A stretch of 63,526 nucleotides of DNA, counting the filler, from Octopus bimaculoides (taxonomy: Eukaryota): the NCBI RefSeq assembly GCF_001194135.2. It is 5 parts of 5 records of this genome, joined end to end, with 100 filler letters (N's around TTAATTAATTAA, not from the genome) between each part and the next. Parts side by side here need not be neighbours in the genome. Positions count along the whole stretch, not along the records: positions 42,513 to 55,068 come from NC_068981.1; positions 55,169 to 63,526 come from NC_068991.1; 3 more parts are not named here. One strand, 5' to 3'. The notes beneath the pieces were generated by a model, which saw nothing but the letters and a program-made list of their open reading frames with translations, had not been told where the DNA came from and made no database searches. The position numbers were made by a program, and so were the translations under genes. Shown one piece after another: positions 53,440 through 63,526 of this stretch (the stretch's first letter is position 1; each line of letters starts with the position of its first letter).

Positions 53440-53693
53440 AGTTTAGCGATGTAAGACTATTGGATAGACCAAGTTACTTCTAAAACACATTCCTGGCAGC
53501 TGGTATGTAAATATTTATTGCTAGCAAAGACACAGTATTTCGTTTTGCAACCACAATATCGTAACCTGGTCGTATATTATGATTTCAAAACAAAATATTG
53601 TGTCCTTGTCAGCGATTAGTATTTACATACCAACTGCCAAGAATGTGTTTAATGAGTAAATTGGTTTATCCAAAGTGCTATGCCGCTAAACTT
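53440..53693. mobile_element. Fold-back/MITE-like palindrome
   Basis: Arms of about 120 bp (core aaacacattc.tggcag.tggtatgtaaata...) around a short loop at about 53560-53573; no TSD identified. Confidence 0.7.
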
Positions 53694-53979
53694 AGAGGGC
53701 ATTTAACTCTTTTGAGACACATGGTGATTTGGTATGTGTAGCTAAAAGGACCATAATTTTTTTTCTATTAAGATTGAAATTGATGGTTGTATGAAGAAAA
53801 CAAACGATAAAGTGCCTAAAACTGCTTTCTAAGTATATAATACTATATATATTATCTAGTTTTATATTATATCTACCGAAAGACAATATTCGATTGGCTA
53901 TTACACTTCAAAACGTTTGTTTCATTGGGCTGATGGATCGGCCTCAAAGTCTTTTCAGCTTGTATCACTTTGGCCGACA

Positions 53980-54110
53980 TATATATACGACGGGCTTCTT
54001 TCTGTTTCCGTCTACCAAATCCACTTACAAGGCTTTGGTCGACTCGAGGCTATAGTAGAAGATACTTGCCCAAGGTGCGGGCATTGGAACTCAACCCGGA
54101 ACCTTGTGGT
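53980..54110 (-). mobile_element. SINE family A, partial
   Basis: gacgggcttctttc.gtttccgtctaccaaatccact.acaaggctttgg...gaggctatagtagaaga.acttgcccaaggtg. Confidence 0.7.
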
Positions 54111-54163
54111 TTGGAGAGAGACAGACAAAGAGAGGGAGAGAGAAAGAGAGACATATATATATA

Positions 54164-54219
<56 letters not shown>

Positions 54220-55068
54220 TGCTTGTGTATAAAATATGCATTTCTGATTGTCTGTCTGCTGCCTGTCTGCCTATCTGACTGCCTGTCTGTCTGTCTGTCT
54301 GTCTGTCTGTCTGCCTGTATGTATGTATGTATGTATGTATGCATGTATGTATGCATGTATGTATATATGTATGTATGCATGTATCTATGCATGCATGCAT
54401 GCATGCATGTACGTATGTATGTATGTATGTTTGCATGCATGCATCTACGTATGTATGTATAAACTGGACAGAGGAAAAATTGAGAGATTCAATAAACTAG
54501 GTCGAGAGTAGACGACAATGTGAAGAGTGAATATTAATAGGAAAGAAGCGATAAAACAATGGCATACAAACAAGCATATGAAAATAACCTTTTGAATGGC
54601 GAAATCTTGTTTATATATTTAGTATTTGATAGCCGGATCCCATGCTCCATCTGTTTCCGGTTGTCAGTCTGGAATTTATACAGTTGTGGCCGAGACCAAC
54701 GAATGATACGTATATGGACGCAGTACGTACTGATGTACAGAAGTATTAGTGAATATAAACGTAAGGAATATACATGTCAACACACACCTACACAAACATA
54801 TAAAGGTGTGTGTATGTCTAGGCACTGAGTGTGTGTTTATACATACATACATGCAGATAGACACACACACATACACACAAATACGTGTACACATATATAC
54901 ACACTAAAATTAAAATGTATATACACACATACACTCCACATATATTGAGAGACTGACCGTCAGACAGACAGGCAGATGCGTGTGTTTTGTTATACTACCA
55001 TGTAAATACACACCCACACACACACCCACACACACACACATATATATATATATATACATACATATATA

Positions 55069-55168
55069 NNNNNNNNNNNNNNNNNNNNNNNNNNNNNNNN
55101 NNNNNNNNNNNNTTAATTAATTAANNNNNNNNNNNNNNNNNNNNNNNNNNNNNNNNNNNNNNNNNNNN
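55069..55168. other. Artificial scaffold-join spacer
   Basis: Identical 44 N / 12-mer / 44 N structure. Confidence 0.95.
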
Positions 55169-55331
55169 CCACCGGAAATTCATTTGAAAAGGGTTTAACG
55201 GTCATTTTTCAAAGGAATCTCCGGTGGCTGGATAACTGAAGAGATGTTGGAATGGACCCCCCACCCCCACCCTGGCATCCGAAACTCGGAGTTTTATCAT
55301 GGCTACTGAATAAGTGTCACATATTTTTACA

Positions 55332-55382
<51 letters not shown>

Positions 55383-55682
55383 ATGTATGTTTGTATATAA
55401 CAAAATAAGCAATGGAAAGTTTTGGGTATTATTTATTCTCCTTTAGACGTGTTTCAATTGCCAATTGGAGTCAGCAAATGAAACACGTGTGATGGAGAAT
55501 AAATAATACCAAAAAAAGTCACATTTTCCTGTTTTGTTATACAATAACTGTACAAATAATATTTCTATAATTCTCAATTTTAAAATGTATTTTAACTAAT
55601 ACAACAATAACTATGGATCCATATTAACTGTAATAATGGAACAAGCAGAAGTGCTTCAAAAGGAAATAGCTGGGATTTACCC

Positions 55683-55720
<38 letters not shown>

Positions 55721-57467
55721 CATATACATGTATGGGCTATTTCACTATGTTGAACCGTTAATCTTTTCCCTTTTTTTTCCTCCCTCCGTTTTTTTCTCAT
55801 TCTCTTTCCGTTTCTTTCCTCTCAATCGTCTCTGTCGAAGAGCGTAGACTCGAAACGTAAAAGTCTTTTCCATTCTTCCCGAGCGTTAAACTAATACACC
55901 TGTTTTTGTCGTTTGTTTTCTGTAAATTTGAACTCTCTNNNNNNNNNNNNNNNNNNNNNNNNNNNNNNNNNNNNNNNNNNNNNNNNNNNNNNNNNNNNNN
56001 NNNNNNNNNNNNNNNNNNNNNNNNNNNNNNNNNNNNNNNNNNNNNNNNNNNNNNATATATATATAAGCATGGCTGTGTGGTAGGAAGCTTGCTTGCCAGT
56101 CACATAATTTGTTCGATTTGTTCGACTAAAACCCTCCAATGCGATGCGCCAGCATGGCCGTAGTCAAATGACTGAACCAAGTAAAGGATAAAAGGTGTGT
56201 GCATGTGTGTGTGTGTGTGTATGTAGACATTTTAAAAGTAAATAGGCACCATCCTTTTTGAAAGATTTATTTCCCCTTTCTCTGAATATTTGATGCCTGA
56301 AGAGGATTCCTTCCAATTGCTAATTTGAAGGAAATACCTTAGATAAGTACTCCAACTCACTTAGAGTTGTTTTGTAACATCAGTGGCCTTACAACGGGGA
56401 TTATATTCAACAATCCGTTCGACAGCTTGAAGACACTCGTCAAAGGCCTCGGATCGACTTGAGCGGGATGCTGTTGATTTCTTTCCTTCACTGGTGAATT
56501 GTACACTCACTCTGTTGACTGTGGCAAGAGGAACCTTAACGTTTTATGCAATGTTCCAGTGGCTACATCCACTCTCAGATTGACCTACGATACGCCCTCC
56601 TTGAAAATCAGACAGCTCTTTTGTTTCTGGTCGTCATGGCATGGCTAGTTACTATGGACTATCGATATATTGTAATCTTAAGGCGGCGAGCTAGCAGAAT
56701 CGTTAGCACGCCAAGCATTTCGTCTGTCTTTACGCCCTGAGTTCAAATTCTGTCGAGGTCGAAATTGCTTTTCATCCTTTCAGGGTACCAGTTTAGTACT
56801 GGGATCTATGTAATCGATTTATCCACTCCTCTGGAATTGCTGGCCTTGTACCAAAATTTGAAAGTAATATGCTGCAATATTAAATAGAAAACATTAACAA
56901 GTTTGAAGCACCAAATAGTTTCTGCACACATAAAACGATATAAAACGGGTGTCTATTTACTTTTGACATGTCTGTGTATACGAAGTAGAGGCTCTGCCTT
57001 TCTTGTACTTGTCTCATTCTGCCCTTCATACCCCAGCAACGTGACCACCTTTTTCCTATGAGTCATTCACTTACCAGCAACTCTGCGACATACCCCTTTA
57101 TATAGATAAAGCTAGCTATATGGTTTCAGTACAATGGGAGTCTAGTAGACTTTAATTGATTTATCACCATCAACTAGAATACAATTAACAACTCCCCAGC
57201 GATTCAATTCTAAATGGTTGAAGACTACATGCTACACAAAGCCTTCTAAGTATAAGTATCTATGTCACTACTTCTTTTATTTTGACTCCCTACTACTTCC
57301 TCTGCTACTCTGTAACTTATAGTAGGCTTAACAAGGTATGCATTATTTTCTAAACTCATTCTACCACAGATATAACAAAAGGAAACAATGTAAATATTTT
57401 GGTTTCCATTATTGATGTAAATTTGTTTTAAAAAATGGTTTATCCTTTATATTTGATGCCTACGCGG

Positions 57468-57552
57468 TCATCTGAAGAGAGTGGTTTGTTTCAAATTGAC
57501 ATAATGTTCTCATTAATTAATTAAATGGAGCCGCTTGAAACAGCCGCAATGA
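57468..57552 (+). ncRNA. Degenerate hammerhead-like motif
   Basis: TCAT-CTGAAGA-GAGTGGTT...AGCCGCTT-GAA-ACAGCCGC-A-ATGA. Stem I 4 bp, stem II 8 bp with wobbles; stem III is ACAGCTGT with two T-to-C changes, including U16.1. Confidence 0.45.
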
Positions 57553-58079
57553 ATTGATGCCTGAACATCTTTGTTACTTATTTATATTCTGATCACCTAA
57601 CTTGAAATCTGCACTTCGGAAATACTATAGAAAGTACCTTTATATAAAAAGTACATGTCTGAATTACCAAGAGCGGATATCTTCACTTAGCTGGGTTGAG
57701 TTGTCTGCACACACGACAGGAATATTAGGGATAAAAACCCCTACACGGAGTCTTGAAATTCAATATTCAAATAATATTGTTGAGGTGTACGGACTATACC
57801 GAACTAGCAAGGTACTTCAATTTAAGTGCCTTATTCAGCTGAATCTTAATTATATTTCTATATGTATGTATGTATGTATGTATGTGGTGTGTCTGTGTGT
57901 ATGTGTGCGTGCGCACGCGCGCGTGCGTTCGTGTTTGCGCATGTGTATATGCTTTTCCCTTTGTCTTGCTTCATCTATCCATGGTCATGCTTTTCGTCAA
58001 ACGATATGAGAAATATTATTTTCAAAATAAAACATAAAAATTTGTAAGCTACATGAAATGTGTATATGAACTTTAACGA

Positions 58080-58432
58080 GCCGCTCAGACACGCTCTAAT
58101 TGCCGCTTATATGCCACCGGTGTTATCTCTTCTCCACGCTACCGATGTTATCCTAGAGAAAGGCAAAGGCCGATACAGCTTGGCACTTAGAATGTTCCCC
58201 TCCTAGGCACAACTCCGGACAAGGTCGTTTATGAAAGACCAGCAGTCACCCATGCATACCAGCCTCCCTTCTCCACGCCACCAATTTTAACCAAGGGAAA
58301 GGTAAAGGCTGATACAGCTTGGCACAGTAACGTTGCAAAGTGTCTTGCTCAAGAACACAACATATAACCCGGTCCGGGAATCGAACTAACTACCTAATGA
58401 TTGTGAGCCTGATGCTCTAACCACTGAGCCAT
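58080..58432 (-). mobile_element. SINE-like element with tRNA-like head and internal 59-bp duplication
   Basis: Head gcgcatggctcagtggttagagc...gttcgattcccgg; the unit cttctccacgc...gatacagcttggcac occurs at about 58128-58186 and 58267-58325. Confidence 0.5.
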
Positions 58433-59393
58433 GCGCATGTGCATGTGCACGCATGCGTGTGTGTGTAAAGAAAAATGGATGCGGAAAAGTTTCGAAAAAA
58501 GTCTTTAGCACCATTGTAATCTCTGCAATAAGTCTAGTAATCCGAAAATGGATTAAAACATAAATAAATAAACGTCGGCGGAGGTGCATGATTTACTATT
58601 TTGAAACACTCGTTTATTTGTTTCCGTGATTTATGAAAATCAAATTTTTATAGTGTTTATTTTTGTTCGTTTACCAAACTGGTCATCATAAAGCCTCTTC
58701 CTTCAACTCTTCTGTGACGGAAGTATTTGAAAACAAAAAAAACAACAAAAAAAAAACAAAACAAAAAAGGTTTAACTATCGATAAAAATATTACTTCATT
58801 CAAAGAATTGCTATCTTTTCCTCAAAATATACAGACTTTGTAAAATGGATATTTTCTGCGTTTCCAACCGAATAATAATATCTAACGCTGGTTTCTGCAG
58901 ATAAAACTTGTAAAGCTTACTAAAATGGAATCCATAGAAATATTTTAGTCGTTTTATCTATACTTTGTTTTCAATTTTCGACTTCATAGTTGATCATGTT
59001 TCATATAACTTGTACATTATGGAGGCACAAACTCATACAAATCCAAAGTTGTTAAAACATATTTATTAAAATACATATTGATTTCTAACATAGACAAAAG
59101 AGATTTTTGGGAGAGTAAGGTGTAGCCAATTGTATTGATTCATGTACTTATATTAACTGACATTTATTTTAACAACCTCTGACAGAACGACCTCCTCGAT
59201 CTCGGCAGATTTCGTATCTAAATATATAATACATTGTCAGACACTGTACTGATTTTGCCATTCCACAAAATATTAAAATAAGTAATGCACTCAGAATGCA
59301 AATGCATACTTAGTTATCGGAAGAATATTGTGCTAGTGTTGCTTAGGGGAACAAGCTTATTCTGTCAAGTAACACATAGTCTCCAGTATAATA

Positions 59394-60269
59394 CGAGCTC
59401 TTATCAATAAGTATCCGGACTGTTACCATAGTAACAAAGCTGAAGTACGCAGAGTGAAGCCGCTTGGCAAAGATTGACCTTGAACTCTGTTATGCCTGTG
59501 CACTAAGTGTTAACGTTCTAGCTCACTTCTGCTGTTTACAGCAGTGCTTTGAAGGGAGGTGTGTAGCGTGTGATCGTTGATTTGACCTGGCAGAGAAAAT
59601 TGTCATGGCGATACCTGCTCAGAGGCCTACGCAAAATTGCAGAAAGTGTATGGAGAGGAGTGTGTGAGTCACACACAAGTGTACGAGTGGTTCAGACGTT
59701 TCCAAGATAGCCGAAAAGAATGTCGATATTGAGGAACGTTCTGGAAGACCTGCAACCAGCAGAACTGAGAAAAACATCACAGATATGCGTGTAGATGTGA
59801 GGGGAAATCGTCGAATCACCATCCGTGAGTTATCAGAGAATGAGCAGATTAGTTACGGTTCAGTTCAATCCATTATCACTGAAGATTTGGGTATGAGACG
59901 CATGTCTGCCAAGTTTGTGCCAAAACTGCTTTCAGCTGACCAAAAAGACACTCGGGTTTCAGTTGCACAAGATCTCTTTGATTGTGTAGAGAACGATGAA
60001 AAGGTTTTTGAAAACTTTGCATAGGCTTCTGAGCAGGTATCGCCAAGCTTTTGGCAAAAGTCGATGCAGATTCTCTGCTCAACTTTCTCTGTCATGGTCA
60101 ATGCGACGACCACACGCTACACATCTTCCTTCCAAGCACTGCTGCAAACAGCGGAAGTCAGCTAGATCGTTAAATCTTAGTGCGCATACACAACAGAGTT
60201 CAAGGTCAATCTGCGTGCTTTAGCTTCTTTACTATGACAACAGTCCGGATACTTATTGATCAGACCACG
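59394..60269. mobile_element. Mariner derivative made of two inverted 5' ends
   Basis: TA-flanked TIRs (atcaataagtatccggactgtt). + strand N-terminal transposase (VYEWFRRF...ERSGRP...ITIREL...KFVPKLL) stops at about 60024; 60000-60269 is an inverted second 5' end (MTEKVEQRICIDFCQKLG). Confidence 0.85.
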
Positions 60270-60273
60270 TATT

Positions 60274-60328
<55 letters not shown>

Positions 60329-60370
60329 TACTTTTCGGTGTTAATATATATATATATATATTCTTTCTTC

Positions 60371-60522
60371 TTTTATTTGTTTCAGTCATTTGACTGCAGC
60401 CATGCTGGAGCACCGCCTTTAGTCGACCCAACCACTTATTTTTTGAAAGCGTGTTACTTATTCTATCGAGCCGCTAAGTTTCGGGGACCTAAACGCACCA
60501 ACATCAGTTGTCGAGCGATGGC

Positions 60523-60600
<78 letters not shown>

Positions 60601-60763
60601 ATATAAGGCTTCCTTCAGTTCCGTCAACCAAATCTATGCACAAGGCTTTGGTAAGCCTGAGGCTATAGTAGAAGACACTTGCCCAAAGTGCCACGCAGTG
60701 GGCCTGAACCCGGAACCATGTGGTTGGGAAGCAAGCGTCTTACCACACAGTCACGCCCGTGCC
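60371..60763 (-). mobile_element. SINE family A
   Basis: Full head-to-tail match with 6325-6722, with an expanded (CA)n. Confidence 0.75.
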
Positions 60764-62971
60764 TGTATAACTATGATAGTGCCTGCTGTGGTACTGATTT
60801 TCTATATATTGCTAATGGGCAGATGAGACGCAGCTATTTCTAGCGGTCAAGCGTCCGTCACCAATATGACCAACGAAGGTCAAACTCCCGTGATTTGATG
60901 CTCTCGATGTTGAAAACGGTGGGAATTCATCTCACCGCTAGCAAAATAAACACGCGTGCATTTTGTACCAAAAGCCTATATTAGAGTTTCTCTCATGGTA
61001 TCTACCACAGTGTAGTTTGTTCTAACTGAATATCTACGTTTAAGTGGGGATACATATTACCTCTAAGTATTAATACTGCCTCTGTCGCTAATATATAGTA
61101 AATATAAAGTCTTGTGTATCAGTGATAGAGCTATACGAATGATAAATCTGTAAATGTAATGCCTGAAAAATAACAGAACATGTATATGAAATATCAGCAT
61201 GAAACGAAACCATAAAATATTTTTATTCAAAGATCAATTTATATTCTTTTCTGCTGCACCATAAAATTAGTCTGCTTTATCTTGTTTATATTAATTTTTC
61301 TTCACATATTGTTTCGTTATTAAGAATAACTCTCTAATAAATACTTCTTTCGTCTGTAAATATGCTTCAACTATCACAAATAACAGCGAATTAACAGCCT
61401 GAAAAATGTATGTTTAACGGAAAATGAAATTATAAATTCTTTATTATCCTTTAAGAAACTCCAGAATCACGTGAGGAAATCAATTAAAATGTTGGTAACC
61501 TTTAATGTTTGACTAATTGATCAAACTCTAATCAATAATGTTCCCCTTTTTAATATTCTCACAAGAACACTCAGGAGACAGGTTGTCTTACTTTAGATAA
61601 ATTCTTTTAAATTAATTTCAAAATCGATACCAGTGTTTTTCTAAATAAATATTCAAAATTGGACTTTAGCACTTTAGTAGTAGACAAATAATCAAGACAA
61701 ATTATCAGCACAGTTGTGTCCATTAAGAAACAAGCGTATTGATATTTGGCTTTAAACTATTGTGGATTATAACGCAGGGAAATATTTGCAAACACAATGT
61801 CCACAATATTAGACGCAGTTATGAATATTTCTTTTCTTCTAATCTGAAGAAAGACAAAAAAGTTCCAAAATTCTGTAGATCTAATTGTAACAGTATTTGA
61901 GACAAATTATATACTAGGGAAACATTTAAAATTTAATGGTTCATATTAAATTAGAGTCACCAGGTTTTAGGATGAAGAAATTACATAGAATACAGTTCTT
62001 CATTTTCTTACAAAAAAAGAAGCTTCTGAAATGAAGATAATAAAAGTATTAGTCTCGTGCCATTAAATAAAAAGAAAAGGAAAGAAAAGAAAAAAAAGCT
62101 TATTGAATAATAACTCATAGAGATTCGGGTCAACAGTTAGAATTTAGTTGTGTTCCTCAGGCAGAACTTTTATACTTCAGTTTATCTTTTGTGAGGAAAA
62201 GCACGGGTATCAGTGCAGAGACTGAAGGGTTCGTAACTGCAGCGCATAATGAATGCCTCCTCAACAGAGAGTTTCTCGATTAAGTAGCAATCTATCGCGA
62301 AGAAAATATGTTTCTTATTTGCATAACACAGCAGAAATCTATGTTACGTAACAATTTTACCAATTCTTGATGGTAAGGTAAAATTAACTTCGAAGTGAGT
62401 AGGCGTTGAATCCTATTTGTTACTATCTAGTCCTTATAGAAAATCTATGTAACCTTGATTTCTATGTTTTTTCTTTGATATCAGTACATACCTGTTGCAG
62501 AACCTTCTTAAAGATTGTGGGACTTTCTTCTAAAACCATCGAAAAACTACATCGTTATCTTCTTATCAACTTTAGCTTATCAGTTTATCAGTAATTCCAT
62601 TTATCGGAAAGTAAAATATTTATGCCTTTATCTATCTATCTATCTATCTATCTATATGTATGTGTGTATATAAATGTAGTAGATAATATAAAATCATTTT
62701 GATCTTTTGTTTGTTTCAGTATTCGAACTAGGAATGTCAAGTAGGTAAATCCAACATTCTATCGATTTTTCCACTTGCAACGTCTATACAAATACTTAAG
62801 TATAAGCGCAGGTTAGAGTATCTAAGGCCAAATCTAACAAATTATGAAGATTGTGGTGTTTTAGCTAACGAGGAATTTCTACGTGGTTGCGCGACTTACC
62901 AACAATAGCAGCCAAATCTCACCCAACCATAAAAATCCCAAACATCAGAATACATACGTACACACACAATC

Positions 62972-63029
<58 letters not shown>

Positions 63030-63367
63030 ACGCGCGCGCGCACACACACACAATCACACACACACACACTCATATATACATAGGTAAGCAGAGTTAGCGA
63101 TTATAATAACTGATTAAGGGATAAAACAAATAACCGTATATACAATTGGTATCAGTTACCTGTGTTATCTCTGGGCATGGGTAGTATGCAGGCACACTAT
63201 GCTCGTAGAATACAGGTAACAACAGAATAAACAAACGTTTATCAGGAATCAAATATAAATAATCAGAAAATGGAGAAAACCTCAGATCAACAAGCAAACC
63301 AATTGGACCACATCTAAAGCTTATTATTTAATACGAAACGTGACATAACATTTAGGTGACATAATAA

Positions 63368-63472
63368 TTCTTACGGCCGTTTCCGCTTCCAATGCCATTC
63401 AAAGAATTGCGAAAATAATATTCTTCATCTTCATAGGACATTCGAACTAGAACACGGAGCTTCATCAGAGTT
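63368..63472 (-). ncRNA. Hammerhead-like motif with long stem II insert
   Basis: Minus strand CUGAUGA-AGCUCC...GGAAGCG-GAA-ACGGCCGU-A-AG; palindromic stem III ACGGCCGU; weak stem I. A homologous degenerate copy lies at about 5958-6074 (minus). Confidence 0.45.
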
Positions 63473-63526
63473 AATACAAAAGCGTCCAAAATAAACGTAT
63501 ATATGTATATGTATATATATATATAT

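Noticed and set aside
56290-56345. CTGAAGA plus hairpin plus GAAA as a hammerhead
   Set aside because: No palindromic or paired stem III, no UH site and no stem I partner.
57513-57524. TTAATTAATTAA 12-mer matching the scaffold linker
   Set aside because: Not flanked by N; a natural AT-rich sequence within the loop of a hammerhead-like motif.
58330-58432. tRNA-like sequences here and at 8624 and SINE A heads
   Set aside because: A/B boxes run into SINE bodies with no complete cloverleaf; these are SINE heads, not tRNA genes.
32818-63087. Many ORFs in the track with CV/YI/HT/MYVC/poly-V, poly-S or poly-X content
   Set aside because: They are translations of di-, tri- and tetranucleotide microsatellites or N gaps, not genes.
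25427-63526. Remaining SUCLA2 exons or another host gene
   Set aside because: No conserved C-terminal motifs or other recognisable cellular protein exons found by eye; small exons could have been missed or lie in gaps.

Overview
AT-rich, microsatellite- and transposon-dense animal genomic DNA. The SINE and repeat repertoire looks like an octopus genome (inference). The window is not contiguous: four 100-bp spacers (44 N + TTAATTAATTAA + 44 N) at 25327-25426, 36902-37001, 42413-42512 and 55069-55168 join five separate pieces. The only host gene I can support is the 5' half of mitochondrial succinyl-CoA ligase (ADP-forming) beta subunit, SUCLA2, on the + strand. It has five phase-compatible exons (1773-1838 probable, 13464-13635, 17555/17561-17666, 22055-22217, 23740-23910) and is cut off at the first artificial join. 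The rest is decayed mobile DNA: mariner and DD41D-type Tc1/mariner transposase relics, a hAT MITE with TSD, a Helitron-like end, RTE, CR1-like and R4/Dong-like LINE fragments, a Penelope-like GIY-YIG relic and many SINE copies. The most notable signal outside the ORF track is a set of about ten minimal type-I hammerhead-ribozyme-like motifs from several repeat families. They share the layout CUGANGA - stem II - GAAA - palindromic stem III - UH. The copy at 25180-25263 (minus strand) has a fully intact catalytic core.
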